This document shows positions 9,395-19,589 of a stretch of 64,000 nt of DNA, piece after piece; positions within the stretch are counted from its first letter, which is position 1, and every line of letters starts with the position of its first letter. The DNA lies in the NCBI GenBank assembly GCA_965200245.1, contig CBDATS010000004.1:1216001-1280000 (forward strand), given 5' to 3'. This DNA is from a bacterium. GTDB taxonomy: Bacteria; UBA8248. The notes under the pieces are model-generated. The model saw only the letters and a list, made by a program, of their open reading frames with translations. It had not been told where the DNA came from and made no database searches. The translations under genes were made by a program, and so were the position numbers.

Positions 9395-10092
9395 CGAGCG
9401 ATTTTCTCGGCCACCGACAGATGACCAAAGCGCGACATAGCTTCAACTTTCAAAAATGTTGATTTCATCGCTTTTAGTCCCGCCGGTGGTTGCCGGGCAA
9501 TTTTACCGGCCAGATCACACGTTTCCCTCATGAGATTTCTTCTCGATGTGACGCGATTCACCAATCCTAAGCGATATCCCTCTCGCGCATCAAACCTTCT
9601 GCCGGTCAAGACCAGATCCTTCGCGTACGGAACAAGAATTTGCCGTGTCAGACGAACAGTGGCATCTCCTCCAGGAAACACTCCCAGGGCGGTCTCTGGA
9701 TATCCCAAAACGGCACCCTCCACCGCAATACGAATATCACATGAGAGCATCAGGACCATTCCCCAGCCAAACGCGGGCCCATTCACCGCCGCAATGGTCG
9801 GGATGGGCAGTTCACGCAGGGCTGCACTCCATCTCTCGCCCAACAGCATAAAACGAGTTGCCTGTTCTTTCGTATGGGTGATGCTTTCCTTTAAGTCGCG
9901 TCCTGACGAAAAAGAACTTCCGGCACCCGTCACAACAAGGACTTTAATGTTCCGGTTCTTTTCAATTTCATCCATCTCCCGACACATTGCTTTCATCAAT
10001 GACGTGTTGAACGCATTGCGCGTCTCCGGACGATTCACGGTGATGCGCGCAACATGGGACTCAATACGTGTGATGAGGAGGTCTTTCTTCAT
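9391..10092 (-). CDS. Enoyl-CoA hydratase/isomerase (crotonase) family, paralog 2
   Basis: NRPETRNA, FSSGRDL, PTIAAVNGPAFGWG, YPETALG. Confidence 0.9.
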   Translation of the reverse strand: MKKDLLITRIESHVARITVNRPETRNAFNTSLMKAMCREMDEIEKNRNIKVLVVTGAGSSFSSGRDLKESITHTKEQATRFMLLGERWSAALRELPIPTIAAVNGPAFGWGMVLMLSCDIRIAVEGAVLGYPETALGVFPGGDATVRLTRQILVPYAKDLVLTGRRFDAREGYRLGLVNRVTSRRNLMRETCDLAGKIARQPPAGLKAMKSTFLKVEAMSRFGHLSVAEKIAR

Positions 10093-10108
10093 GTTCCGCC
10101 ATAATGGA

Positions 10109-10140
10109 CAAAAAGCCTGCCCCTTGAGGGACAGGCTTGA
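10109..10140 (-). terminator. Intrinsic terminator-like hairpin after crotonase 1
   Basis: Minus strand AAGCCTGTCCC-TCAA-GGGGCAGGCTT followed by a T-run. Confidence 0.6.
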
Positions 10141-10164
10141 TGTTTCCTGGAAATTTTATGCGCC

Positions 10165-10947
10165 CTATTCTCCGGTAAACACAGGTTTCCTCTTTTCCCT
10201 GAACGCAGCCAGCGCCTCAGCGAAATCCCTGGTGTAGTTCAAAGGCAACCTGTGGGCGTTGGAAAACTCGATGGCCTGAGCGAGCGGCATATCGAGTGTT
10301 TGATCGAGCACTTTTTTCGCTCCACGAACTCCAAGGGGACCATTATCCCTTATCTTCTCCGCTATGGCGGTTGCTTCATCCATCAGCGTATCCAGCGGAT
10401 GCGCCTTGTTCACCAAACCGATGCGCTCGGCCTCTTTTCCATCGATACGTTTACTTGTGAAAACCAACTCTTTCGCCTGTCCGGCCGGCATGATTCTTTG
10501 AAGCCAGACTACGCCGCCAGCTCCTGGAAAGATACCCAGACTGCATTCCGGAAAACAAAGGGTTGCTCCTTCCGCGGCCAGCCTGATATCGCACACCAGG
10601 GTAATTTCCACGCCCCAACCGAACGCATGACCGTTGACAGCGGCGATGGTGGGCATGGGCAAGCGTTCCCACAACGAGGTTGCAGCCATCACGTTGCGTT
10701 GGTAACGATCGGCCATCTCTTTCGTATGCGCAGTGCTTTCCTTCAGGTCGCGGCCCGTACTGAAACCACGTCCCTCTCCAGTGAGAATGACAACACGCAC
10801 ATCCTGCGCGTCAGCCAGGGTTTGCGTCAATTCCACGAATTCTTCTGCCATCTTGAAACTGATTGCGTTCAAACTTTCCGGACGGTCGAACTTCACCACC
10901 GCCAATCCATCTTCCTCCGTATAGGACATCGTCTCAAATTCGTGCAC
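10165..10947 (-). CDS. Enoyl-CoA hydratase/isomerase (crotonase) family, paralog 1
   Basis: DRPESLNA, FSTGRDL, AVNGHAFGWGVE, FPECSLG, EKRKPVFTGE. Confidence 0.9.
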   Translation of the reverse strand: MHEFETMSYTEEDGLAVVKFDRPESLNAISFKMAEEFVELTQTLADAQDVRVVILTGEGRGFSTGRDLKESTAHTKEMADRYQRNVMAATSLWERLPMPTIAAVNGHAFGWGVEITLVCDIRLAAEGATLCFPECSLGIFPGAGGVVWLQRIMPAGQAKELVFTSKRIDGKEAERIGLVNKAHPLDTLMDEATAIAEKIRDNGPLGVRGAKKVLDQTLDMPLAQAIEFSNAHRLPLNYTRDFAEALAAFREKRKPVFTGE

Positions 10948-10986
10948 GAACCCCCTCCTGGGAAATGCTTTTGTTTCGGGAACGGA

Positions 10987-11517
10987 TCAACCTTTCAAAT
11001 GGCTGGCCACTTCCTCAACAAACTTGAGTGTCGTTTCTCTCATTTCATCGGGCTGCAAGTTGCTCACCGGATGAGGTAACTGCACATACGGGTGACCTTC
11101 CATTCCCTTTCCACGAAACTGAAAGTCAGCAGCGTTTTTGAACGCCTCGGTAATAATGGTCGTTGCCGGGATACCCCGTTTCTCAAATTCAACCGTGTCG
11201 TGCACACTGCACAACGTGCAGGAACCTCAGCCACCCAAGGCGGCTATCGCCAAATCAATCTCCTGGGCCATATCCTCGATCATTTCATCGGTGGCGGGTT
11301 TGGAATAATGCTCCTTCCGCCGCGAGATGACTCTGGCCACGTCGTATTGTTCACGCAGGGCATTTCCCAGAGTTTCCAAAATGATGTCCGCTTGCTCTTT
11401 CGTGTTGTCCAAGAGCCCTACTACTTTCCCTGAAAGGTCTTCGGGGCGTTGTGCAAGCTCGATTCGTGCAACCGACCCACCCGCTGTCGGATCGATGAAT
11501 CCCATTCCGTTCGCCAT
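10987..11517 (-). CDS. UGSC-family selenoprotein, 176 aa, Sec at codon 97 (UGA 11227-11229)
   Basis: ORFs 11227..11529 and 10987..11214 are in one frame separated by a single TGA: AALGG-U-GSCTLCSVHDTVEFEKRGIP; GGAG RBS before ATG 11517. Confidence 0.9.
11197..11215 (-). promoter_or_regulatory. Candidate SECIS hairpin of UGSC gene 1
   Basis: GTTGTGCA-GTG-TGCACGAC, 8-bp stem starting 11 nt after the UGA. Confidence 0.75.
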
Positions 11518-11717
11518 GGTTTTCTCCATTAGAATTATGTGAATTCAATCGCGTTCGCATCATATCCCGCAATTTAGTCCCTGTCTACGATATCAATGCC
11601 CCTTCAGCCATGGCTCGAAAACACGAATGAAGTTTTTCCCTCTTCTCAGTTTCGCCGAATTTTGACAAAATCAAGCCTACTTCACTCAACTCCTCCAATC
11701 TTTAAGGAGCAAAACAA

Positions 11718-13988
11718 ATGGCCGGTTACGATATCATCGGCAAGTCAAACGTCCGATATGATGCAATCCCGAAAGCGGATGGTTCCATGCCCTATGGAGA
11801 GGACACGATACCCGCAGGCGCCTTGCAATGTGGCGTATTGTTTACGCCCATCCCGGCAGGCCGCTTGAAAAAACTCGACACGTCGAAAGCCGAAAAAATC
11901 CCGGGTGTAGCCGCCATCTTGACCGCAAAGGATATTCCGGGGACTAACACGCGGTTCGGCTCGGGCACGCCGGGCCTCCCGCACCAGCCGGTATTGGTGG
12001 AAGACAAAATCGAATTTACGGGCGATGCCCTCGCAATCGTAGGCGCCGAAAACAGAGAAACGCTTGACGCTGCCATTGCGGCTATTGAGGTGGAAATCGA
12101 GGCGGAAGAAGGCGTGTGGACAACGCGTCACGATGAGTCGAGTGCCGAGAAGCGCCAGGCATGTGACTTCGAGGTCACCCGCGGTGACATCAATACCGCG
12201 TTCGATGAAGCCGACGTAGTAATTGAAAAAACATACACCACTCAGCTTGCCGAGCACGCTTTTCTGGAACCTGCTTCCGGTACTTCCTGGATGGAGGAAG
12301 ACGGCATCATCACCATCCGCGTCGGGACTCAACTCATCGAATACTATCGCGCCATAGCCGCTATTTTGGGAATCTCACAGAGCCGTGTTCGCCACCTCGG
12401 CACTTATGTTGGTGGCGGATTCGGTGCCAAGGGCATGCTGACCGTGGAACCCTACCTCGCATTGCTCACCTGGCATACGCAAAGGCCTGCCGTCATGGTG
12501 CTTGGTCGTGAGCACGGCATCAGAAACACTTCCAAAAAGCATCCCTTCTACATGAAGTACAAAACAGGAGCTACCAGGGACGGGAAACTCCTGGCCGTAC
12601 AAGCGGATATCGTGGGCGACGCAGGCGCTTATCCCTATAAATCCAATTTATTCCTCTTGGGTGCCATGTGCATCGCCGCCGGACCTTACGATGTCCCCAA
12701 CGTAACAATTCGAGCGCACGGCTATCTCACCAACAATCCCATCACCAACGCGATGCGCGGTGTTGGCTCGAACCAGGTCTGCTTTGCTTACGAAAACCAG
12801 ATGAACCTGGTGGCGGACACCATCGGTATTGACAAATACGAATTCAGACGGAGAAATTTCATCCAGAAAGGTCAGGAACTGCCTACAGGGCAGAAAATTC
12901 CCTACGAACCAAACCTGGAAGAATGCCTGGACAGCGCGCTAGAGGCCTTGGGTGCTCCGACAGAACCAGGTCCGGGAAAACGTATCGGACGTGCGGCGGC
13001 GGCGAACATCACCGGCTATGGAAGGCCACATGACGATGCGAATGCAGCGGTTCACCTTGAGCCTGACGGCAGCGCCGTGGTCCGCGTGAGCGCACCGGAC
13101 ATAGGCGCAGGTCAGGGGGCTACGCTTCAAAGCATCACGGCCGAAACCCTGGGGCTCAGGCTCGACCAGGTTTCCACCCGCTTATCCGATTCCGCCACGA
13201 CACCACTCTCGGGCATCACTGCGGGTTCCCGCCAAACGCTTATGGCAGGACACGCCGTTCGCCTTGCTGCAGATGAAGTACGAAAAGCCGTTACCAAAGG
13301 CGCCGCTTCATTGCTCGAGGCAGCGGAAGAGGATATTCGCGTCGGCGGTGGCGAGGCGTGGGTAGCCTCCGCTCCCGAGAGAAGGATTGGCATAGGTGCT
13401 GCAGCTGGAGAAGCCAAGAAAATGGGAGAATCGCTACACTGTACACACGGCTACAACATGCCGGGCCATCAGTATGAGAATCCAGAGCGATACATGAACG
13501 GCATGGGCGGATGGTCGGACTACACATTTGGTGTTCACGCGAGTGAAGTGGAAGTCGACATCGAAACCGGCGAAGTAAATCTATTGAAACACATAGCTTC
13601 GCATGATGTCGGGCGAGCGCTGAACCCTCAAAGCGTGGAGGGGCAATTCGAGGGCGGCGCAGTGATGGGGATTGGCTACGCACTCCACGAGGAAATTACG
13701 ATGGTGGAAGGCGATTGTCGCTCGCAAAGCTTTCATGAATATCTGATCCCTACCTCATCGGACATCGGCGAGGTCGAATCCGTCGTTCTCGAGTGCGGTG
13801 AGGGCGCGGGACCTTACGGTGCGCGCGGCGTCGGAGAACCGCCATGCAACAATGCGCCGGCCGCCGTCGCCCTCGCCATCAATGACGCAATAGGCACTGA
13901 AGTCTACGACCTGCCCATCACGCCCGAGCGCGTCTGCTGGGCGGTCATGAAGAAAAACGGCAAAAGCAACGGTCATCAGGAACCATAA
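11718..13988 (+). CDS. Xanthine dehydrogenase-family molybdopterin-binding subunit
   Basis: GGGFGAKG, AMRGVG, TAGSRQT, HDVGRALNP, GVGEPP. Confidence 0.9.
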   Translation: MAGYDIIGKSNVRYDAIPKADGSMPYGEDTIPAGALQCGVLFTPIPAGRLKKLDTSKAEKIPGVAAILTAKDIPGTNTRFGSGTPGLPHQPVLVEDKIEFTGDALAIVGAENRETLDAAIAAIEVEIEAEEGVWTTRHDESSAEKRQACDFEVTRGDINTAFDEADVVIEKTYTTQLAEHAFLEPASGTSWMEEDGIITIRVGTQLIEYYRAIAAILGISQSRVRHLGTYVGGGFGAKGMLTVEPYLALLTWHTQRPAVMVLGREHGIRNTSKKHPFYMKYKTGATRDGKLLAVQADIVGDAGAYPYKSNLFLLGAMCIAAGPYDVPNVTIRAHGYLTNNPITNAMRGVGSNQVCFAYENQMNLVADTIGIDKYEFRRRNFIQKGQELPTGQKIPYEPNLEECLDSALEALGAPTEPGPGKRIGRAAAANITGYGRPHDDANAAVHLEPDGSAVVRVSAPDIGAGQGATLQSITAETLGLRLDQVSTRLSDSATTPLSGITAGSRQTLMAGHAVRLAADEVRKAVTKGAASLLEAAEEDIRVGGGEAWVASAPERRIGIGAAAGEAKKMGESLHCTHGYNMPGHQYENPERYMNGMGGWSDYTFGVHASEVEVDIETGEVNLLKHIASHDVGRALNPQSVEGQFEGGAVMGIGYALHEEITMVEGDCRSQSFHEYLIPTSSDIGEVESVVLECGEGAGPYGARGVGEPPCNNAPAAVALAINDAIGTEVYDLPITPERVCWAVMKKNGKSNGHQEP

Positions 13989-13992
13989 ACAA

Positions 13993-14026
13993 GAAACAGC
14001 CCCGGCATCTTCGCCGGGGCTGTTTC
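13993..14026. terminator. Bidirectional terminator between convergent genes
   Basis: Perfect 14-bp stem GAAACAGCCCCGGC-ATCTTC-GCCGGGGCTGTTTC. Confidence 0.75.
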
Positions 14027-14156
14027 ATCCGGAGAAATACCCGGACATTCCCGGCTTGATGCAAAAACGGATTTCTGTGGAGAGGAAATCGCGGAGATTC
14101 TTTCACGCCAACAGATGAACCCGGTTTCCCGTTCCTGTCTCTTGCTGAAAAACCTT

Positions 14157-15179
14157 CTACACACTGAATTTTTTGGTCACGGCCCGACATGCTACGGTGA
14201 TTCCATGCATGACCATGCTTGATGGCGATCCTTTGCTTCCCGCGACGATCAGGTGAAGATCTTCGGGATCCCCTACTGCAGGCACGAAGAAATCATCATC
14301 ATGTATATCCACGGGAAACGGCCAGCGATCCGCGCCTTTCTCGCCTCTCCAGATCCCGCCCCGCTTGATATCTCGGATAGTACGACCACCCATTTCCAGC
14401 AATTTTCGGTGTACATCGCTGCGGGCCAAGCCTGCACCGGCGCACAGATGCGCATGTTGCGCGCCCAGGACAACCGCCATGTCAGCTTGCCGATACATAT
14501 TGGGTCCGCCCAGAGCGGACATCATATCGGCAACCGTCGCAAGAAGTCGGTCGGGGGTCAGGCTCGCATCGTCCCATACCTGTACGGGGCCTTCGAGAGG
14601 AATCATGGTCACAACATTGTCGCTTTTGTGAAATCCCTTCGATTCTGCATACGACTCCCAGGGCGATTCCTCCTCGTACTCCATAATGCAAAAGGTGTTT
14701 CGCCAAGGACCCCCAAAACCGCCCAGACAGGTGACTCCGGGGATGCCTCCACCCACATTCATCATGACGAGCCTCACGGCGCGGCCGATGGTCAAGTTTG
14801 CGCGAAAACCAGGACCCATGCAGCCCACGCCGCCGTGCAAACCGATTTCCCTGGCGTAGGGACCATTCACCAACAGAAAAGGCGCACCCGCACTCGTCGT
14901 GGCCTGGATGAGATTTACGTTGAAACGCTCATCAAGAAGCGCCTCCAGACCCGCTATCAAGACCGGCATGTATTCAGGTTTACAACCAGCCATCACGGCA
15001 TGTGCCGCCACGCCCTGGATGCTGAGTTCCCCGCCCGCCGGAGCCACATGACCGAGCACTTCGCCAGGCTCCCTTGCCGTCCCAGAGAGCATCGATGCGA
15101 TCCTGCCTTCCGTCGGTGTCACGACAGGCAAGCCGTCTGACCATTCTTTTTCAAAGAAAAACTCGAACTCATCCATCAA
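14157..15179 (-). CDS. Uncharacterised 'DGLP' family protein (UGSC partner), tandem copy 4
   Basis: WSDGLPVVTPT, AVMAGCKPEY, GCMGPGFRANLTIGRA, LIVAG. Confidence 0.85.
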   Translation of the reverse strand: MMDEFEFFFEKEWSDGLPVVTPTEGRIASMLSGTAREPGEVLGHVAPAGGELSIQGVAAHAVMAGCKPEYMPVLIAGLEALLDERFNVNLIQATTSAGAPFLLVNGPYAREIGLHGGVGCMGPGFRANLTIGRAVRLVMMNVGGGIPGVTCLGGFGGPWRNTFCIMEYEEESPWESYAESKGFHKSDNVVTMIPLEGPVQVWDDASLTPDRLLATVADMMSALGGPNMYRQADMAVVLGAQHAHLCAGAGLARSDVHRKLLEMGGRTIRDIKRGGIWRGEKGADRWPFPVDIHDDDFFVPAVGDPEDLHLIVAGSKGSPSSMVMHGITVACRAVTKKFSV

Positions 15180-15516
15180 TTTGGCGATTATCCTATTGAC
15201 GAAATGGACACAATATCATGCATGAGGTGCCCGACCCACAGGGGAACGCAAGATATCGGGATGCTACATGACGAGCGGGGATGTCTACGACACCATTGCA
15301 TAAAGTGCCAGCACAGATTCCAGCGCCCCTGCATGCTGCCCCTGAGCAAGGGTTCTTGTCCATGAAATCCTTTTTTATCGGGCATCACCTCTTTCTGGTT
15401 TTGGATACAACCCCCTGTATTCTCCTGTGAGTTGGATCTCGGTGCAATATCCTGCGGTTGACTCATTTAGAGAGACAAACACGAATCCATCCTTGAATAC
15501 CAGCCTGACAGAAAGA

Positions 15517-16533
15517 CTATGGTCGATAAGCAGCCGAAACCGCTTCGCTGCCATCCACCCAGCCAGGCATGACGGCCGTCACCGGTCCGGGCGTACCCCC
15601 TGCGACGATCAAAACCAGATCGTCTTCATTTTTGACCGCCGGGACCATGAATGAATCATCTTGCCGCCCCGCGTCAGGCGGCCATTTTGCTATCATTTCC
15701 TCACGCCAATAGCCCGATTTTTTCAGCTCCCCGAGAGGCTTGCACGCAAGCTCCATGATTTGGTGATGGACATCTTCCTTGCTCAAGCCCGCCGCCGCGC
15801 ACATGCGCGCATGATCCGGACCCAATGCGACGACAACCTGTGTTCTCAGCCAAATATTCAGCGACCCCAACGTGGATATCTTGTCCGCCAGCCCGACGAA
15901 AAATGATTCCGGCTCCCTGGAATAATCATCGATATACCCTTGAGGCGCTTCTGCCATCACGGCGGTCACAACATCATCATCTGGATGAAACCCTCTCGTA
16001 ACGGACAATGGCTCCCAGGGGTTTTCCGCTTCATTCTCGGCGACACAAAACGTATATCTGGCAGGTGAACCGAATGTGCTCATGGAGGCGGAAATCGGCA
16101 CACCGCCGCCGATGTTCATAAGAATGAGCCGGATGGCACGACCAATCGTCGCATTCGCCCGAAAACCCGGGCCAAAGCATCCCGTGCCGCCATGCAGGCC
16201 AATTTTTTTCGCGTACGGCCCATTCATGATCAGTAAAGGTGCCGCGCTGTGCATGGTGCCCTGCACACCGTTCAAATTGAGTTTCGGCTCAAGCAGCGTC
16301 TGGAGGCCGGCAATCACAACGGGCAAAAACGAAGGCTCGCACCCCGCCATGACGGCATGCGCGGCAATCGCTTGAACACTGGCCTCCCCCATGAGGGGTG
16401 GCACCAAGCCGATGACTTCCGAAGCCCCAGGTTTTGCGCACGAAAGCATGGCGGACATTCGTTCCTGGGTAGGAGGAACAATCGGCAGGCCATCCGACCA
16501 TTCTTTTTGAAAGAAAAACTCGAATTCATCCAT
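15517..16533 (-). CDS. Uncharacterised 'DGLP' family protein (UGSC partner), tandem copy 3
   Basis: WSDGLPIVPPT, AVMAGCEP, GCFGPGFRANATIGRA. Confidence 0.85.
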   Translation of the reverse strand: MDEFEFFFQKEWSDGLPIVPPTQERMSAMLSCAKPGASEVIGLVPPLMGEASVQAIAAHAVMAGCEPSFLPVVIAGLQTLLEPKLNLNGVQGTMHSAAPLLIMNGPYAKKIGLHGGTGCFGPGFRANATIGRAIRLILMNIGGGVPISASMSTFGSPARYTFCVAENEAENPWEPLSVTRGFHPDDDVVTAVMAEAPQGYIDDYSREPESFFVGLADKISTLGSLNIWLRTQVVVALGPDHARMCAAAGLSKEDVHHQIMELACKPLGELKKSGYWREEMIAKWPPDAGRQDDSFMVPAVKNEDDLVLIVAGGTPGPVTAVMPGWVDGSEAVSAAYRP

Positions 16534-16574
16534 CGAAACTTGGTTTCGCCTTGCCGGTCACGGCATATTCAGCG

Positions 16575-17603
16575 TCAAACTTCATAGACCCCATGTACGG
16601 CGCGGCTCCCGCCGCTCCACCCATGACAGACCGCACTGCCCGATCCCCACCCGCCTGCGACGATCAGGTGAAGGTCGCGGGAATCCTTGATGACGGGGAC
16701 GAAAAAATCCTCATCATCCGGATCTACGTGGATATACATATCCAGAGCACGCTCGCGTCGCCAGTTGCCGCCTTGTTTCAGATCCTTCACCTTATGGCCG
16801 GCCAATTCACACAGACGCCGATGCACGTCAGCGCGCGCCAGGCCACCCTCGGAACAAATCTTTGCATGCTGAGGATTCATGGCGACAACCATATCGGTTC
16901 TTGGCGCGTGCATGTTCCAGGAACCCAAACCCGTCATCGCATCGGCGATGCCGCGGAGCAGCCTCTCGGGCTCCTCGCTTACATCATCAAAGGTCAATCG
17001 CGGGCTTTCCACCATCGCCATGGTAATCACGTTCTCGTCCTTTCCATACCCTCTGGATTCAGCGAGCGTCTCCCACGGGTGAAATGGAAGGTTCTCCGTG
17101 ATGCAGGCCGTATAGCGCAGCGGCGTGGCGAAAATCGTCATGGAGGAAACACCCGGAATGCCCCCGCCCAGGTTCATCAAAATCAGGCGAATGGCGCGCC
17201 CTATGGAAGCGTTGGCCCTGAATCCGGGGCCAAAGCAACCGTTGCCCCCATGAATGCCGATTTCTTCGGAATAGGGCCCGTTCACGATCATGAGTGGCGC
17301 TACGCCGTGCATCGTGCCCTGCACGCCATTCATGTTGAATTCTTCACGGAGCATGAGGGAAGTGGCACCGAGAACAACCGGCAGATATTCGGGCTTGCAA
17401 CCCGCCATTACCGCATGAACCGCCACGCTGTGAACCGTGGCCTCACTCATGGCGGGGGGAACGTGGCCTATCAGTTCATCAGAATTTCTCTTTGTACCGG
17501 CAAGCATGCGCTCAATGCGCTCCCCGGTCGGAGTGACGACCGGAAGGCCGTCCGACCAGGGTTTTTCAAGAAAAAACTCGAATTCATCTTGAGGTTCGTT
17601 CAA
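16575..17603 (-). CDS. Uncharacterised 'DGLP' family protein (UGSC partner), tandem copy 2
   Basis: WSDGLPVVTPT, AVMAGCKPEY, GCFGPGFRANASIGRA. Confidence 0.85.
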   Translation of the reverse strand: MNEPQDEFEFFLEKPWSDGLPVVTPTGERIERMLAGTKRNSDELIGHVPPAMSEATVHSVAVHAVMAGCKPEYLPVVLGATSLMLREEFNMNGVQGTMHGVAPLMIVNGPYSEEIGIHGGNGCFGPGFRANASIGRAIRLILMNLGGGIPGVSSMTIFATPLRYTACITENLPFHPWETLAESRGYGKDENVITMAMVESPRLTFDDVSEEPERLLRGIADAMTGLGSWNMHAPRTDMVVAMNPQHAKICSEGGLARADVHRRLCELAGHKVKDLKQGGNWRRERALDMYIHVDPDDEDFFVPVIKDSRDLHLIVAGGWGSGSAVCHGWSGGSRAVHGVYEV

Positions 17604-17634
17604 ATTTCCTTACCTCTTGAAGGTACGGATATCA

Positions 17635-18666
17635 TCAAGATTCGAATGCGCGCGATACGGAACGGCTGCTCCCGTTCCATCCGTGCATCACGGCCGTAAT
17701 CGGGCCTGGAACACCACCTGCCACGATCAAGATTAGTCTTTGGGCCTCTTTTATCGTCGGAACGAACACTTCGTCATCGTTCAAATCGACAGGAATCGGA
17801 AAACTCTTGACGCGATTTTCCCTGAAATGCCCTCCCGTTTTGAGTTCGCCCACCGTGCGGCCCGCAATTTCGCAAAGGCGTCCGTGGACATCCGCCCTTG
17901 AATACCCCCTCTTTGCGCAAATCGCGGCCTGTTGCGGGCTCATCGCCACCACCAGATCGGTATTGGCCCAACAGTTCCACGAACCCAGGTGCGACATGGT
18001 GTCCGCTATGGAAGGCAACATGCGCTCGGGGTCGTCGCTCACATCATCCCAGGACATGACGGGGCCCTCTACGTGCACGGCGGTTACTACATTCTCCCCG
18101 GCTTCGAAACCCTTCGACTGCGCAAGAGACTCCCAGGGACTCTCCTCCTCGTTCTCTGCGATGCAATACGTGAACCTGCCCGGCTGTGAGAACGTACTCA
18201 TCGAAGTGATGCCCGGTATTCCGCCGCCAATGTTGAGAAGCAAAAGCCTGATGGCCCGGCCGATTGTCGCGTTGGCGCGATTCCCGGGACCGAAACAGCC
18301 GAGTCCGCCGTGTAGCCCGACTTCCCTGGCATAAGGGCCGTTCACGATCAAGAGAGGGGCTGCGCATGAGAGAGTCGCCTGAACGCCACCCACGTTGAAT
18401 TTTTCTTCTAAAACAGCCTCCATCGCCGCGATGAGAACTGGCATATATTCCGGTTTGCATCCGGCCATGACGGCGTGAACGGCTATGGTCCGAACGTCCG
18501 CCTGCCCCAGAAGCGGGGGTATGTCACCGATGATTTCGTCCGGACCGCGGTTCGTCCCCGCTAACATGAGGCCCACACGCTCTTCGGTGGGGGGGATGAC
18601 CGGCAGACCATCCGACCAGGCCATTTCGAAGAAATATTCGAACTCATCCACAGGAGGGGTACTCAC
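17635..18666 (-). CDS. Uncharacterised 'DGLP' family protein (UGSC partner), tandem copy 1
   Basis: WSDGLPVIPPT, AVMAGCKPEY, GCFGPGNRANATIGRA; GGAGG RBS before GTG 18666. Confidence 0.85.
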   Translation of the reverse strand: MSTPPVDEFEYFFEMAWSDGLPVIPPTEERVGLMLAGTNRGPDEIIGDIPPLLGQADVRTIAVHAVMAGCKPEYMPVLIAAMEAVLEEKFNVGGVQATLSCAAPLLIVNGPYAREVGLHGGLGCFGPGNRANATIGRAIRLLLLNIGGGIPGITSMSTFSQPGRFTYCIAENEEESPWESLAQSKGFEAGENVVTAVHVEGPVMSWDDVSDDPERMLPSIADTMSHLGSWNCWANTDLVVAMSPQQAAICAKRGYSRADVHGRLCEIAGRTVGELKTGGHFRENRVKSFPIPVDLNDDEVFVPTIKEAQRLILIVAGGVPGPITAVMHGWNGSSRSVSRAFES

Positions 18667-18821
18667 GAAAGCCTCCGAAACGAATTGTTGGAGCAAAGGA
18701 CACGTTTACCGCCAATCATGCGGAAAATATACACGGGCACTGGACAGATTGCGAGTCCATGTCGTTAGAATGCCACCGCGTCCCGATCCACGATCATCAC
18801 CTCACATACAGGAGCACCTTG

Positions 18822-19214
18822 ATGCCTATTTACAGAAATCTCGCCAGCCAGAACCAGGGGAAAGCGGCCGATTACGTCACCGCAGACGCCAGCTGGGTGG
18901 ACGGCGCACACTCCACCATCGGTTATTTCCGTATGGAGGCGCACGGCCATTCGAATCCGCACTACCACCACGACGAGCAGTTCCTCTATCTCCTGAAGGG
19001 CAGGCTGCGCATCGCCGCAAGGGGCGAGATATTCGAAGCCGAGCCAGGCGATCTGGTACAGTTCGCGCCCGGAGATGTGCACGAGATCATGGCGCAGGAA
19101 GAGCCCGTGGAGCTTTTGCTTGTACGGAGCCCGGCACGGCCCAGTCTCGAGGTGCTCGCGGTGACGCCCGAAGGCGAGGGCGCGAGGAGCGTCCTCCGAC
19201 CTGAATCAAATTAA
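18822..19214 (+). CDS. Cupin-domain protein
   Basis: PHYHHDEQFLYLLKG and GDLVQFAPGDVH; AGGAG RBS. Confidence 0.85.
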   Translation: MPIYRNLASQNQGKAADYVTADASWVDGAHSTIGYFRMEAHGHSNPHYHHDEQFLYLLKGRLRIAARGEIFEAEPGDLVQFAPGDVHEIMAQEEPVELLLVRSPARPSLEVLAVTPEGEGARSVLRPESN

Positions 19215-19536
19215 CGCCTTGCATATCAACAAGATAAACTTTCAGAAATCCCGGTTCTCGGTCACAGCCGTACAGGGAGATAAATCGCGACTGGGGAGGG
19301 AGCAATTAAAAGCTGGAAGGGAATTTCGCGTCGCCCAAAACCGGATCGCCTGTTCCATTTTCCACCCTCCTCGCATCGCCGGGATACTGAATATCACGCG
19401 GGAATTTTCGCCTGTCCCCGAGAAAACCCGATGTAGCATCTGCGGGAAAATGTGGATCGATCTCTCCTAGTGGGAGGGGTTGCACCTTGGGAGTACATTC
19501 CGCAATCACGTCAAACACCCATTCGTGTTTGCTCAC

Positions 19537-19569
19537 AAAAAAACCGCCCCGCTCCGGTAGAGCGGGGCG
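19537..19569 (-). terminator. Intrinsic terminator after bcp
   Basis: CGCCCCGCTC-N5-GAGCGGGGCG with an adjacent A7 run (U-tract on the minus strand). Confidence 0.7.
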
Positions 19570-19589
19570 AGGGGAATGCGGAAACAACC

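Noticed and set aside
15188-15466. 92-aa ORF or possible ncRNA in the gap of the DGLP array
   Set aside because: No motif, RBS or convincing structure recognised
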